From: Sphyrna mokarran
Taxonomy: Eukaryota
Assembly (NCBI GenBank): GCA_024679065.1
Contig: JAGIQG010000012.1
Coordinates: 54,622,001 to 54,686,000 of the forward strand
Length of the DNA: 64,000 nt
Direction: 5' to 3'
Numbering within the stretch: position 1 is the stretch's first letter; every line of letters begins with the position of its first letter. Both the position numbers and the translations under genes were made by a program. This document shows, in pieces, positions 40,101 to 53,070 of this stretch. The notes beneath the pieces are model-generated. The model saw only the letters and a list, made by a program, of their open reading frames with translations. It made no database searches and had not been told where the DNA came from.

Positions 40101-41524
40101 CATTTGTGCATTGAAGTCCTTCCAAATGCAAACACAGGCAAACAACAATCGCTTTCTCTTCTCCATAACAAATTCTGTCTGGGCCCTCAAAAAGTTTTTG
40201 ATCAGCTGCTCAGCTGTCCTCTGCACGTTTCAGCAAAGGCCGCTTCAGGCTCTCCCACAGCGGAACAATAAAACATATCAGAGCTTCTTAAGCCTTTTCT
40301 TCCAAAATGGCAAGAAATGAATGCGTGGAAGAATTAATAAATGCCAAAAGAGAAACTTTAGCATTTAAACTGGGCACAAGTAACATGCCCCTGGCACCCA
40401 CTAGGTAACATAAGTATGTCACAATATTTCCAAAACCAGCATCTGTGGGCACACAAAATTAATCATCAATTTGCTGGATGGTAATTTAGATGATCTGTTC
40501 ATGTTTTACGTATTTTAAGGTTTTGTTTTTAAAGTAAGTGTTTCAAACGGTACAATAAAGACTGCAAGCCACTGATGAGAAATTCAGTTATGAAAGGTCT
40601 GAGTATTATTTGTTTTTGAAAAATGGGAAATGGTTTCCTATTACACCGCGGCTGCTATTGTGACTGTATGAATTCAAAGTGGTTTTGATCAGGGAAATAC
40701 TTATCTGCTAAAGAAAAAAAATGCTAATTCTATAATGACTGAAACAAAAGAAAACAAGGATGCATGCCTGAGAGATAGCCAAAGAAAATGCATCACTTAG
40801 ACAAATGAACCATCAGCATTATCGATCTACCTGCGTTAGCCCTCGTCTGCATGATAAAAATTACTAACTGAAAAACTACATGTGAACAAATAGATCAAGT
40901 GCGCTGGCAAGAAAATGCAAAGAATATTAGCCAAGAATAATGACTTGTACATAATAATATAGTTAATATAAATTGTTTAGAGCCCTTTGGTGCTGACAAA
41001 TATAGCTGTGCTGAATTTCTGAACCATTGAAGCCACTGAGGAACAATTTTGTAGATTTCATCAACAGCTCTAATTATGTTCCTGTCAAGTCTAGAACAAA
41101 GTAATCCATAACTGGGGAGCCCATTCAGAGACAGTAACGCGCAGAGGTAATTTATGCCCAAGACACAAGGCGCTTTTGTATTTAGTGTACACAACACTTT
41201 GCTAACAAGAGGATGTACAGAATTTATGAGGAAAACCACAAACAGGCAGCTCTTGATGATTTTAACAAATTAAAGAGAGTGGGAAAGCTCTAGAGTGAAA
41301 AGCAACTGTTCAACAACTGCTTCAGTTAGCTCTTGAACCATAACAACTGCAATAAATGATTCTGGTAGCTAAGGCATTAATCGGAATTAATTTAACCCTA
41401 TGATATACTGTATTTCTTTTCCATAACTGTAACATTGATGCTACCTGAAATGGGATTTAACAAAAGAACATGTGCTTTTACAAACACAATTAACAACATT
41501 TATGCTCCTGGAACCATAGCATGA

Positions 41525-41642
41525 CAACAACATACATTTATATAAAGCCTTTAAATGTAGCAAAACAGGTAGCAAATCAGACAAAGTCTGTCAGACAGAT
41601 AATGATAGTTTAGGGTGAATGATCAAAAGCTTGGCCAGTAGG
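41525..41642 (-). mobile_element. L2-like relic, left half (split by a Gypsy insertion)
   Basis: AACAACATACATTTATATAAAGCCTTTAA...ATGATCAAAAGCTTGGCCAGTAGG; continues at 46570. Confidence 0.5.
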
Positions 41643-41729
41643 ATTCCATAGAGTAAAGGTTTAGTAGTTATATCAATTAGACAATGGTATATCAGGGTCA
41701 GATTACCAAGAGACTCACGAGTTTCATGA

Positions 41730-42770
41730 GGTTTACATCACAGAAACAGGCCTTTTGGCCCAACTTGTCCATACTGTCCAGCTTTTATGATTAAGCTAGT
41801 CTCAAATTCCTGCATTTAGCTCATATCCCTCTACACCACTCTTACCCATGTAATTGTCTAGATGCTTTTTAAAAGGCAAAATTGTACATGCCACTACTAC
41901 TGCCTCTGGCAACCCGTTCCAAGCACTCACCACCTTATGTGATAAAATTGCCCCTCTGGGCCCATCTGTATTTCTCCTTTCTCACTTTAAACCATTGCCT
42001 TCTATTTTTTGGCTCCCATACTTTTAGAGAAAGATGCTGATTATCTACCTTATCTATGTTCCTCATTATTTTATAGACCTCTGTAAGATCACCCCTCAGC
42101 CTCGTACGCTCCAGAGAAAAGAGTCCTAATCTTTGCAGCCTCTCCTAATAGGTCAAACCATCAAATCCTGGTAGCATCCTAGTAAATCTTTTCTGCACTC
42201 TTTCTAGTTTGATAATATAATTTCTATAATAGTGACCAGAACTATACACAACATTTCAAACGTGGCCTTACCAATGTCTTGTACAACTTCAACAAAACGT
42301 CCCAATTCCTGTATTCAATGATCTGACCAATGAAAACAAGCATGCCTTCTTCACCACCCTGTCCACCTGTGACTCCACTTCAAGGAGCTATGAACCTGCA
42401 CTCCTAGTTTTCTGTTCTATAATTCTCCCTAGCACCCTTCCATTAATTAAGTACTGCTCTGTTGTAATTGATCAAAATGCATCACCTCACATTTATCTAA
42501 ATTAAACTCCATCTGCTATTCATCAGCCCACTGGCCCAAATGATCAAGATCCCACTGCAATCCTAGAGAATCTTCTTCACTGTCCACTATGCCACCAATC
42601 TTGGTGTCATCTGAAAACTTACGAATCATGTCGCCTAAATTCTCATCCAAATCATTAATATAAATGACAAATAACAGTGGACCCAGCACTGATTCCTGTG
42701 GCACACTACTGGTCACAGGTTTCCAGTTTGAAAAACAACTCTCTACAACCAGTCCCTGTCTTCTGTCCAA
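41730..42770 (-). mobile_element. 5'-truncated CR1 LINE (RT C-terminal half plus 3'UTR), inserted in the Gypsy 5' LTR
   Basis: ORF-track peptide SNWKPVTSSVPQESVLGPLLFVIYINDLDENL..IRKFSDDTKIGG = CR1 RT motifs (GVPQGSVLGP, FADD). Confidence 0.92.
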
Positions 42771-43756
42771 TCAAGGGAGCAAGACATAGGACTGTCTGTG
42801 TCTAGAAAACTTACCATGAAGTCTTAGATGTAGGATTTCTAAATAAACAGTTTTGAGAAAAACTAAATTATGGCCATCTCTAAGTCACTCCTAGAATAAG
42901 TGAAAGCTTGTGAGCCAGTATATGTAGAGGGCAAAATGCCAAACCACGGTGGCTGTGCTGGAGGCTATTGTTTAAGAAAACAGACACAGATTGGGAATTG
43001 ACAACCTAGGAACAGCTCGACTTTGCAAACAAGAATAAAAATAGGACACATCTTGGTAGGGGACAGTGAATGAACCACTAATAGTGCCAGCAGCTACTGA
43101 ACAGCCACTACCCCTTTCAGAGCCCTTTAACACAGCAAAAGTCTGTAGCAAGGGCAGCGACAGAAACTCGGGAGGTGACAGTCTGTAAAGTACTGAAAGC
43201 TTCAGGCTCAGGGGACCAGACACACAAACAGTCAGTACGCTCTTATAGTAATTGGGGCTATAGCTGACAATGCCCTGGTGAGATTAGGAGTTGTAGAGAC
43301 CTTGACATCCTACAGCGAAATTTTCCAGCCGTTTAATATTACTTCAAGCCTGAAAATAATCTGGTCATTGAACAGGCAAGACACAATCAAAACTGCAAAA
43401 GGCTGGGTGAATCCATTGATTAATTTGATAATGATTTGTATCGCCTGCCCAGCAATTGCAGCTATGGAGCTTTAAAACATGATTCAATTCACAACTGCAT
43501 TGTAGTCAGCATGCTCGAGAAAGCATCATTGGAATTCTTGCAAATCAAGATGGATATAATGTTAGAGAAGGCCAAACAATCTGCAAGGCAGACAGAACTG
43601 CAAAAGCAGAATTAGAGTTAATTTCGAGGGGTCATTGAGGCTCAGAACCAGTCAATCCAGTATGTAGGTCCCAAGTCAGGGGTTCTGCCCATCTAAAAGC
43701 CTGCCAAAACCGACAAAAGAGAGAGAAGAGGGACTATCTTACAGTGATACAGATAT

Positions 43757-43878
43757 GGGCTGGAATTTTACCGCACTGCACGCCATGGGACTCAAAGCGA
43801 GCAAGGGGCAGACAATGGAAAGATCCATTGATCTCAGGTGGAATTTTACAGTTTCAGGAGAAGTGTAAAATTCTGCTC
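43757..43878. mobile_element. MITE-like element, same family
   Basis: GGGCTGGAATTTTACC...GTAAAATTCTGCTC inverted ends. Confidence 0.6.
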
Positions 43879-44464
43879 ATGGTGCCAAAAAGCATCATCG
43901 CTACAAGGGATGCCCTGAAGGATGAGTCAACTTGTTTCTCTGTGACAAGACAGAATATTTCATACAGTTCTAGAAAACTAAGGTACAGTTTAAAGAAATA
44001 AAGCTAGAAAAAGCTCCCAACAATTATGTGTGTAGGATATTGAAGATATAGCATTTCAATCAGGCAGTTTCTTAGAAGAAATCAGAAATCCTGATAAGCA
44101 GTTCTGGATGTAGAGCTGCAAGTCCAAGAATACAGAACAGAATTTAAATTGAAAACTGGAACTCTGGACTCAACCTTGTTGGACAAATTGGAATGGCTTC
44201 AGAAAGTAGAAATCCAGCCATTTAAAATGGAAACTGAATTGGGGGGGTGGGGGTGCTGTTGCATAGGCCACCCGTGGCGTGCAGTGCGATAAAATTCCAG
44301 CCCATATCTGTATCACTGTAAGATAGTCCCTCTTCTCTCTCTTTTGTCGAAAAACCGTAAACAGTACACTATAACCCTTAAGAATGGGAATAACAAAATA
44401 CAATGGGCTGAAGGTCCTTTTCTATACTGAGTGACCCTATGGCTCTTTAAATCTTACAGAACAG

Positions 44465-44877
44465 AGAAGTTGGAGAACCTTGGTTTGTTCTCATTGGCAC
44501 AACGGAGGTTGGGGGTGACCTGATAGAAGTCTACAAGATTATGAGGGGCATGGACAAAGTGGATAGTCAGAAGCTTTTTTCCCAGGTGGAAGAGTCAATT
44601 ACTAGGGGGTAGATTTAAGATGCAAGGAGCAAGGTTTAAAGGAGATGTGCGAGGCAAGTTTTTTTACACACGGAGTGGTGGATGCCTGAAACTCACTGCT
44701 GGGGCAGGTACTGGAAGCAGTTACGATAATGAATTAAGGGACATCTTGACAAATATATGAATAGAATGGTCCCCGGAAATGTAGAGGGTTTTACTTCACA
44801 TAGGCAGCATGATCGGGGCAGGCTTAGAGGGCCAAAGAGTCTGTTCCTGTGCTGTAATTTTCTTTTGCTCTTTGTTC
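44465..44877 (+). mobile_element. CR1 LINE 3' fragment
   Basis: Encodes LENLGLFSLAQRRLGGDLIEVYKIMRGMDKVDSQKLF; 3'UTR GGGCCAAAG.GTCTGTTCCTGTGCTGTA. Confidence 0.88.
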
Positions 44878-46569
44878 AGATGAATTTCTCTACTCAGCAG
44901 GACTAGAGCTTCTACAAATGCTCAAAGACACAACAGCAGATGAACAATATTCAGGAATGAATTTCTAAAGTTGTTCTGAGGACTGGGAAAGCTCAAAAAC
45001 TACAGCCAAAACTGAAGGTAACACATTGCGCAGTGAGTCAGTCTTTATTAAGGAAACATCATCCACTTCACTACAGGTGGAGATTGCAGATCTCTCACTT
45101 CTGTGTGGGACCACTAGAAGAGGCAGAAACAAAATGTAACCATCTGCTACCGGAGCAGCCAGGACTTGGCTAGTTCTTTCCGGATAGAGTTCAAGAAAAT
45201 AAAGCCCCTGCAGAGGCAGATGATCTGTCATAGAGAGCGGAGTGAAATCTTGGCTTTCTTCTGCCGACACCACATTAGTGATTGGGAAATCTCTGCCCTC
45301 TCTTTTGAAGAGGCTTACCATTCATTGAAAGAGGTAATAAGAGGTGAATTTGTCTATTTATTTCACTGAGCCCATTGATATCTTACATCCACAATTGCAA
45401 GCATCCAGCCAAAAGCTATGCAGGGAGAATGAGATGCTGAGCTCCAAACTGGACCAAACCGATAGTAAAGTTCAGAGATTATTAACCTCTGAAATGTAAA
45501 CCTGAGCCACTACTTGGATTCATTCAGGCTTTCTTTCAGTAAATAAGCAGAGACCCAAACTGCAGCTGACGTGTACTATACAGAAACTTCCTATAGATCT
45601 TACTCTGGGAGTTTATTCTATTGTCACGATCCCACTTTCTCCTGCTGACCCCCGGGATTCAGCGAAGCAACCGAACATTGAAGGAAGCATGGAAATGACA
45701 GCACTGAAATCCCTAACAGCAGAGCAGAGAGGAAGTTTTCCTTTCCTTGTACCTTGCTGTGTCTTCAGGATGTTCTTCGTTCTTCTTTTCATCAACCAGA
45801 TTCAATCATGACTCAGTGTCAACACAGAAGGAGATAACAGAGAGACTTTCAGTTCATCGTCTTCCCTTTCAAGTGATTATGATCGCCAAAGTGCTGGAGG
45901 GTTCTCCATTCAATCAGTTTTTACTTGATTAGTTTTTACTGCTTTTACGTTCAGGTTATTATGAGAGTTGAAGCCCAGGAGCGAGCTGTCATGGGAAGCT
46001 GCTATCCCACTCCACCAATGTTTCTGCCTTCCAAGGAGAAGATAAGGGAACACAAATGTCCTGCATGTCCTCCAAGAGAGGGGAGGACACTCTGGGCATG
46101 GGCATCTTTGGCGAAGGTGATTGGGAAGAGGGGCACAAATGGGGTGGGGGTGCGTGGAATAAGAGTTGGACGAAAACCGTAAACAGTACATGAGGTTAAC
46201 AGACGGTGGGAATGTAATGTAAATATTTTAACACATTTTTGAGACTATACTTAGGAGGTGTAGAGTAAAGGATTAATGTTTATGCTAATTAGACAGCAAT
46301 GTTAAAAAGTTTACACGTGATATCAGATTCAGATATCGACGAGAGCAAGACATAGAAAAGTCTGTGTCCAGAGAACAATCTCTTTACTGTGAAGTCTGGG
46401 ATGTAAATAATTCCAAATAGATACTTTTTACTGACTATCTTCAAGTCATTCCTAGAGATAACGAAACCTCATTGATCCAGAAGACAACACAAGTAACGGG
46501 AAACATGCCAAATCACGGTGAGAGCGCCGGCCACGGTGAGAGCGCCCACCATGGTGGCTGTGCAAAACA

Positions 46570-46780
46570 GCTTTAAGGGGTGACTGAATGGAGGAAAGTG
46601 AGATGAGGTTTAGAGAATGAATTCAAAGAGAGTTTACGATGGAAGCAGCTAAAGACATGGCTTCTAACAATGGGGCAATGAAAATTAGGAAGGTGCAAGA
46701 GGCCAGAATGAAAGGAGAACACAGATTTCTGGCATTTGTGGGGCAAGAGGAGGTTACAGCAGTAGACACAGCCAGGATCT
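46570..46780 (-). mobile_element. L2-like relic, right half
   Basis: TTTAAGGGG...GCAGCTAAAGACATGG...GCAAGAGGCCAGAAT...GGAGGTTACAG, colinear with 35655-36060. Confidence 0.55.
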
Positions 46781-47837
46781 GTAACGTTAATATGCAATAT
46801 ACATGCTTAGGAGCATTAATCTGAATGCAATTTTTAAAGATATTATCAATGTATATGGAGTCAATACCATCATGTTAAGGCACATTGTATTTTAGGACAG
46901 TGAAACATTGCAATATTTATGGTAAATTAGGATTCTCTTTGCACGTGGGAATATTCTACCCATTCAATCTGAAAATGATTTGTATAAAGCTGATCACTGA
47001 CTCCCCCAGTGAACCACGGTTCAGGCAATGTAAAGGCTATGACAGGAGAGATTACCAAAGAGTGGTTCAATGTACCCAGACATAACGTAAAATGCAGAAT
47101 TCTGGCCGTAGTGAAGTGGAAACTGTGAATGAATAGGACATGCTGTGTGATCCAGAGGAGGGGTAAGCATGTGAAGCAAATGCAGTCTAATCTGTGTTCA
47201 AGGGAGAATTTGATATGCTGCGGAACCTGTGCTTACAAGGGATCTGTGAATGCTGGAAAGCTGTACTACCTCAGTACATCAATCTTTGAAACAAGAAAAT
47301 CATTCAGTTTCAACTTCTGTATACTGGGCCAACCTGCGTAGCAACCCATTCTTGTCTGACAATTTCCTTACCCATTAAGCTATCATTATTTTTCCCAACA
47401 TGTAACACTTTTATCCCCAACCAAAAAAAATGCTATTCAGTTCCTTTTTGAAAAACTCCTGTGAACCAACCTGAGCTGAAGAATTTCCTTTTATCCCTCG
47501 CTCAGTAAGCAATTTTCAAACCAAAATTGGCAAGCATTAAACTAAATATTAAAATAAATCAATTAAAATAAAACTTTGCCAGCTGCCACTTTTATCTCTG
47601 CACAAAAGCAGAATTATTTTCCCATCAATTTCCTGCCCTTTAATTTCTTCAAAAGGGGCATCTCATTATTCATATCTATAAACTCCATGTAATGTGAAAT
47701 TGTGAAAATGTCCACTTCAAGAACCGAACTCTGGGAAGTCCAATAAAAGTCTACCCTTAGTTCAAATAGTGGGAATTCATTCTAATTGTTGGACTTGTTT
47801 GTCTTACTGCCCCTAATTCAGCAAGTTCTCACACTAT

Positions 47838-47966
47838 GGCCAGGGATTTTCCAGCTGCGCTTGCCCTAAGATCAGAAAGTCCCGCCCAAGATCAATGGGC
47901 CTTTGCATGGTCTGTGTCCCGCCCGCTATGATTCCCATGGTGGATGGAACAGGAAAATTCTGCCCT
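47838..47966. mobile_element. MITE-like element, same family
   Basis: GGCCAGGGATTTTCC...GGAAAATTCTGCCC inverted ends. Confidence 0.65.
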
Positions 47967-48013
47967 TAAAATGGACTCTTGTTACAGTGATGAGTGACCC
48001 AATGTGCCACTGT

Positions 48014-48470
48014 GGGCAGCACGGTTAGCACTGCTGCCTCACAGCGCCAGAGACCAAGATTCAATTCCGGCCTTTGTGTGGAGTTTGCATGTTCTCTCTG
48101 TGTCTGCATGGGTTTCTTCCGGGTGCTCCGGTTTCCTCCGCAGGGAGAAGGGAGGGTATTAGGGGTTAAGGCTGGAGGGATGTTTTATGTTGTATTCTTT
48201 ATTTTTGGGTCACAGTGTTAGAGCTCTGAAGCAGGCCTTCCAGTCAGCATTCGCACTTGGCAGCTTCTTTACTTCTTTGGGGCTGGCCTGACCTGACTTG
48301 ATGGGCAGGATAGATGGATAGGCCATGCTAAATTGCCCCTTAGTGCTGGGGGGATTAGCGAGATAGTTATAGGGGGTGATAGGGATCGGGCCTGGGTGGG
48401 CTAGTCGTCGGTGCAGGCTCGAAGGGCCACATGGTCTCTTTCTGCACTGTAGGAATTCTATGATTCTATG
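48014..48470 (+). mobile_element. HE1-type SINE interrupted by a ~175-bp insertion (48141-48317)
   Basis: Head to GGTTTCCTCC ends at 48139; resumes at GGCCATGCTAAATTGCCCC (48321) through the (ATTCTATG) tail. Confidence 0.88.
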
Positions 48471-49257
48471 ACCCACAGCAAGATTTCTGTTCGTGTGCAA
48501 TCAAACAGCAGCCAGCCAATTAGATCAGGGAAATCAAGGAGCCCTGCCGGTAGTACATTAGGGGCAGACAGGAAGTCAGCAATCCTGCTGTTACCTTAAA
48601 GGATTGATGTTTTGAGAGCCATATTTTAAAGGGTGGCCGGACAGGTATCCATCAGAGAGGGGGATGATTTTGAATTGGAGCAGCTGCCACATCCTGTTCA
48701 TCTACCACACTTCAATTCCCAGAACTGCTATCCCTCCCTCAAATGACCATGCCCCGACCCCTCTTGGATACCTGCCACCCAAGGTCACTGCAACCTTTCA
48801 GCCTCCACTTCCCTGGCCTAATTAAACTCCCACCTACAAGAAAAGCCTGTACTCACTCCCAATTCACCATCAAGGCTCCCCTGCCCACCACACATCACCT
48901 ATGACCAGTCATGAATCTGAGGCTATGTGCTTCTTGTTTGCTGCTGATCTCATCACAAAAGGTACAAGTTAACCACAGCGTGGTCTAGAATTTCGCTGTA
49001 GTGTCTGATGCATAGAGCTGTGAGAATTCCCAGATCTGCAAACCAAACCTTTAAAAATGGCTTGCTGGATTTTAGATCGTTAGTTAGAAGGGATGGGCTG
49101 GGTTAGAAGGGCAGGCCAGCCCCAAAAAAGTGAAGAGGCTGCAAAGTGCGACTGCTGACTGGAAGTTCTGTTTCAGATCTCCAACACTCTGACCCAAAAA
49201 TACAGAATACAACATAAAACATCCCCCCAGCTCTAACCCCTAATACCCCTTAATTAT

Positions 49258-49612
49258 GGGTGGCATGGTAGCACAGTGGTTAGCACTGCTGCTTCACAGC
49301 TCCAGGGATCTGGGTTCGGTTCCCGGCTCGGGTCACTGTCTGTATGGAGTTTGCACATTCTCCTCATATCTGCATGGGTTTCCTCAGGGTGCTCCGGTTT
49401 CCTCCCACAGTCCAAAGGTGTGGGTTAGGTTGATTGGCCATGCTAAGAAATTGCCCCTCAGTGTCCAGGGATGCATAGGTTAGAGGGATTAATGGGTTTA
49501 ATATGTAGAGATATGGGGTTAGGGCTTGGGTGGGAATGTGTTCGGTGCAGACTCAATGGGCCAAAAGGCCTCTTCCTACACTGTAGGGTTCTATGGTTCT
49601 ACGATTCTATGA
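49258..49612 (+). mobile_element. HE1-type SINE, full length
   Basis: GGGTGGCATGGTAGCACAGTGGTTAGCACTGCTG...CTACACTGTAGGGTTCTATGGTTCTACGATTCTATG. Confidence 0.9.
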
Positions 49613-49619
49613 CCCTCTC

Positions 49620-51015
49620 TCTCTCTGCGGCCACATACACCAGCCATGCCCCACCCATGACAACATATGCCACCTCATACTTTGGCATGGGGACAAGATG
49701 GGCCATGGTTTATACGAGCGAGGGCATATCCCCCTAACAACCTGCAATGTTCCTCATACCCCCATGGCAAGGTTTGCATCCCACACAAACCCTATGGTCT
49801 CTTATAACCTCCAGGCCAACTTATGTTCCTTGACCTACCACACATTGGGCTCTTCATAACCCCAATGCCTCTCCATGTAACTTGAATGACTCTTTATAAA
49901 TCCATATGCCAACTTAGGGCCAACCCTTTTCCTTTACACCTATTATGACAACTCATCCAATATCCACCATGGGCAAATTTCAGGACACATGTAGTGAACA
50001 AACAAAATTAAAGTTATATCGTAAACTTTTAATAGTCTATTGCAGACTTCACTACATTTAAAAAAACTTCATTCATAAAAAAAAGTCCCCTTTCTTATTC
50101 CTTCAACTAAATAAATCATTATTAAAAAAAATCACGCAAGGGCACAATCCCTTAGAACAGCAAGCATTGGAATTCCTAGTCCCACATCAAATAATTTATA
50201 ACCGTGTGTAGCTGTCAATCAAACTGTGAAATGGTAGGCAACCGACTGTGATAACGAATGGTTGTGAATTCAGTCATGCAGCACCAGTCAGTTAAGGGAG
50301 TGATCATGCTGATGTTAATGCACAGAATGAAATAGCAAGCAATCATTTTTAACACTCGATTTTTTTTGCAGGTATTTAAAGGGCAGGACTTTTAAATTCC
50401 TTGACAGCTCTCTTTGACAGGGCCTCTTAACACTTTTTTCAAGTTCTCTTGACAGCTCCCTTTGATAGTCCTTGTGATTACTTTTGACAGATCACTTCAA
50501 TAGATCCTAAGAAGTGCTTCTGACAATTTTGACAGCTGATTTTGACATGTCTGCTGACAGTTCAATGAGCTTGACAAAAATGAGTTTATGCACTCGTTAC
50601 GCACATTTATACTTAATTTTAACAATTCCACAGAGCACCTTACCTCTCCCAACGAGCAGCTGACCTACCCTAGAAGGCACTTGACCACCACCAAAGATGT
50701 CTTGGGACCAGATCGAAAGAGGCACCTTAGCTCACACTGGCTATCCAAACAAATTCACAAAGTTCAGATCTGCTTTTACCAGATTTAATCTGCACACTTC
50801 AGATTTCACATTTAAATGCTATCAAAGTCCTTCAGTGAAGGCAGCTGATGACTTAAATGCCCAGCACAGTAAACAATGCATCTATGAAAATGGAAAGTGC
50901 CAAGTTCAAGGTTAGAATTTGCAATGCTTGGGCAGTTCTGCTAATTTCGCCATGCTGGAGGGGGCCATGTGGTTCAAGGCATATATATGACATAACAATG
51001 CAAAATAGGTTCCCT
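49620..51015 (-). mobile_element. Unclassified interspersed repeat, same family as 17065-18385, opposite orientation
   Basis: Reverse homology by eye; tandem TTGACAG submotifs at 50400-50560. Confidence 0.55.
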
Positions 51016-51433
51016 CCACCCACAGTTGAGACCCACAGACCGCCGCCAACTTACTTCCCTACTTTCATCTTGCCTCCAGGAAGCTAATATATCACTTCCA
51101 TTGACATTTGTGTCCATTGTGCCCCCTTGCTTCCCATTTCAGGAAATTTCATTAGATTCCACCTGCAATCACACTACAGTAAGGTGCGTTACAAAATGCC
51201 TTTTGAAAGACCACATGACTTTGATTACCTCAATAAAATTCAGTAGATTTATGTAGTAAACAACTCTGAATTTACTTCTTCATAATATTTAATCACTTTA
51301 ATATATTAAACATGTCAAAGTACATAAACGAATGCGTAATTTTGTGAGTAACAGCTCTGTCACATCTTCCCTGGTACATAATGAGCAACGTTCCTTACAC
51401 ATTTTCCCAGTTATCAACGAGTTGGCAAACAAT

Positions 51434-51709
51434 GCACTGCTGCCTCACAGAGCCAGGGACCCAGGTTCAATTCTGGCCTCAGGTCACTGTCTGTGTGGAG
51501 TTTGCACATTCTCCCTGTGTCTGCAATGGTTTCCTCCGCGTGTTCTGGTTTCCTCCCACAGTCCAAAGATATGTGGGTTAGGTTGGTAAAGTGATCCTAG
51601 TGTCAGGGGACTAAATATGAGAGGTTATGGAGATAGGCTCTGGGTGGGCTTGTGGTTGGTGCAGACTCGATTGGGCCTCCTTCTGCACTGCAGGGATTCT
51701 ATGATTCTA
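51434..51709 (+). mobile_element. HE1-type SINE
   Basis: GCACTGCTGCCTCACAG head through GGGATTCTATGATTCTA tail. Confidence 0.88.
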
Positions 51710-52772
51710 ATTATGCCACTGTCTCTACTTTCTCTCATTCCTTTAAAAAATCCCCTAATGCATGCTCATGTTTTTGTCTTAGTGCCTCCAGTTTTTGTAA
51801 TACCCCTTCTTCCACCAGCCTCTACCTTATCAGCACATTCCCTTGAAGTGTATGGAGAATATATATTTAGATTTCAGAGGCAAGATAGAAATGCATGCAT
51901 TTGTAGTAAACCAAACACAAGCCAGATTCTTTTTAGTTAATGCAAAGTGTACTTGTTACTGCAACTGATTCTCTTAAATGTTCCCCAAAGATACTCTCTG
52001 ACAAGAAATGAATACTCAGAGACTCAGATGAATATATTGGTATATAAGGTTTGAGACTTTAACCAAAAAAGAACCATTTAAACATTTATGAAATTACTAA
52101 CAGTGGGATGCAAGCAGATTATGGATAGGAATTCTTGCTTGGTTATCCTGAGAAAAAAATGAATGACTAATTAATGAGTAGGGAAATAAATCTACTGCAC
52201 TTTATTCAAAGCTCCCATTACTGAGTTGCACTCTTGAATTTATTTGAGGATTTTTTTTCTTCTTAGCTGGTCTGTACTATAAATTAAATTAAAATTGCTT
52301 CAATTCTTCTTCCAAAAAAAAAATTACTGGCTGTTTGGGAACTGGTCAATGGTTAATCTATGTTGTTTTAAATTGAGAAACCAGGGTGAAGGATCAGAAT
52401 GCATTGTGCAGGACACTACCAGTGCTGTAAATAATGATAAGATAAATCAGCAATGAACAATCAGGTGAGACCAACCTTGATTATAAAAGCCTGAAATTGT
52501 CAGAGCCAAAAAAAGAGTGAAGGAGCCACTGAGTGCCATACTCTTGTGTTCTTGTGAAGGAATAAGTAAGGGTAGCTGACACTGTTATATATTAAATATT
52601 GATTTTGACATATTGGGGAATCTATGTAACAGGAAGAGTATAATGGTGGACGTGTAGCTTGCAAGGAGGAAGAAACGAAAATTCAGAGGAGCATTGCTGC
52701 CAATAAAAATGACTGAATCCTGGGGGGGATATAGGACTTAATGGAAAAATAGAAGCAAAACCACAGGTGGGA

Positions 52773-53070
52773 TCAGTGAATCCCCACAGTGCAGAAGGAG
52801 GTTATTCGGCCCATCAAAGATAAATTGATAACAATCCCTCCCAGGCCTTATCTCCATTACTCTATATATTTACTCTGGTAATCCCTCTAAAACTAAGGGA
52901 CAATTTACAATGGCCGATCAACTTAACCCACACATTTTTAGACACTGGAGGAAACCCACATAAATACAGGAGGACATGTAAACTCCACACACAGTCACCC
53001 AAGGCAGAATTGAACCCGGGTTCCTGGTCTCAGAAGACACAACGCTAACCACTGTACCACATTGCCATCC
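52773..53070 (-). mobile_element. HE1-type SINE, diverged
   Basis: GAATCCCCACAGTGCAGAAGGAGG tail; GAATTGAACCCGGG B-box. Confidence 0.82.

Larger units (their letters stand above)
41643..46569 (+). mobile_element. Ancient Ty3/Gypsy LTR retrotransposon with younger insertions
   Basis: Divergent direct repeats (41648-41720 plus 42775-42960 versus 46259-46563) behave as LTRs, the right one starting TG after purine-rich AGGAGG. Gag remnant at 43230-43610 (VSTLL..IG..AD...EQARHNQNCKRLGESID*FDNDLYRLPSNCSYGALKHDSIHNCIVVSM...LEKAKQSARQTE). Weaker pol/integrase traces at 44900-46010. Confidence 0.7.

Noticed and set aside
40572-40600. CTGATGA...GAAA..TC hammerhead-like spacing
   Set aside because: No pairable stem II or stem I; chance match.
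44965-46190. Possible processed pseudogene or endogenous viral element
   Set aside because: No recognisable protein on the minus strand; position between gag and the 3' LTR plus faint motifs fit decayed Gypsy pol better.
50400-50560. Regularly recurring TTGACAG motifs as a CRISPR-like array
   Set aside because: Short degenerate subrepeats in a vertebrate interspersed repeat; no constant repeat/spacer structure and no cas genes.
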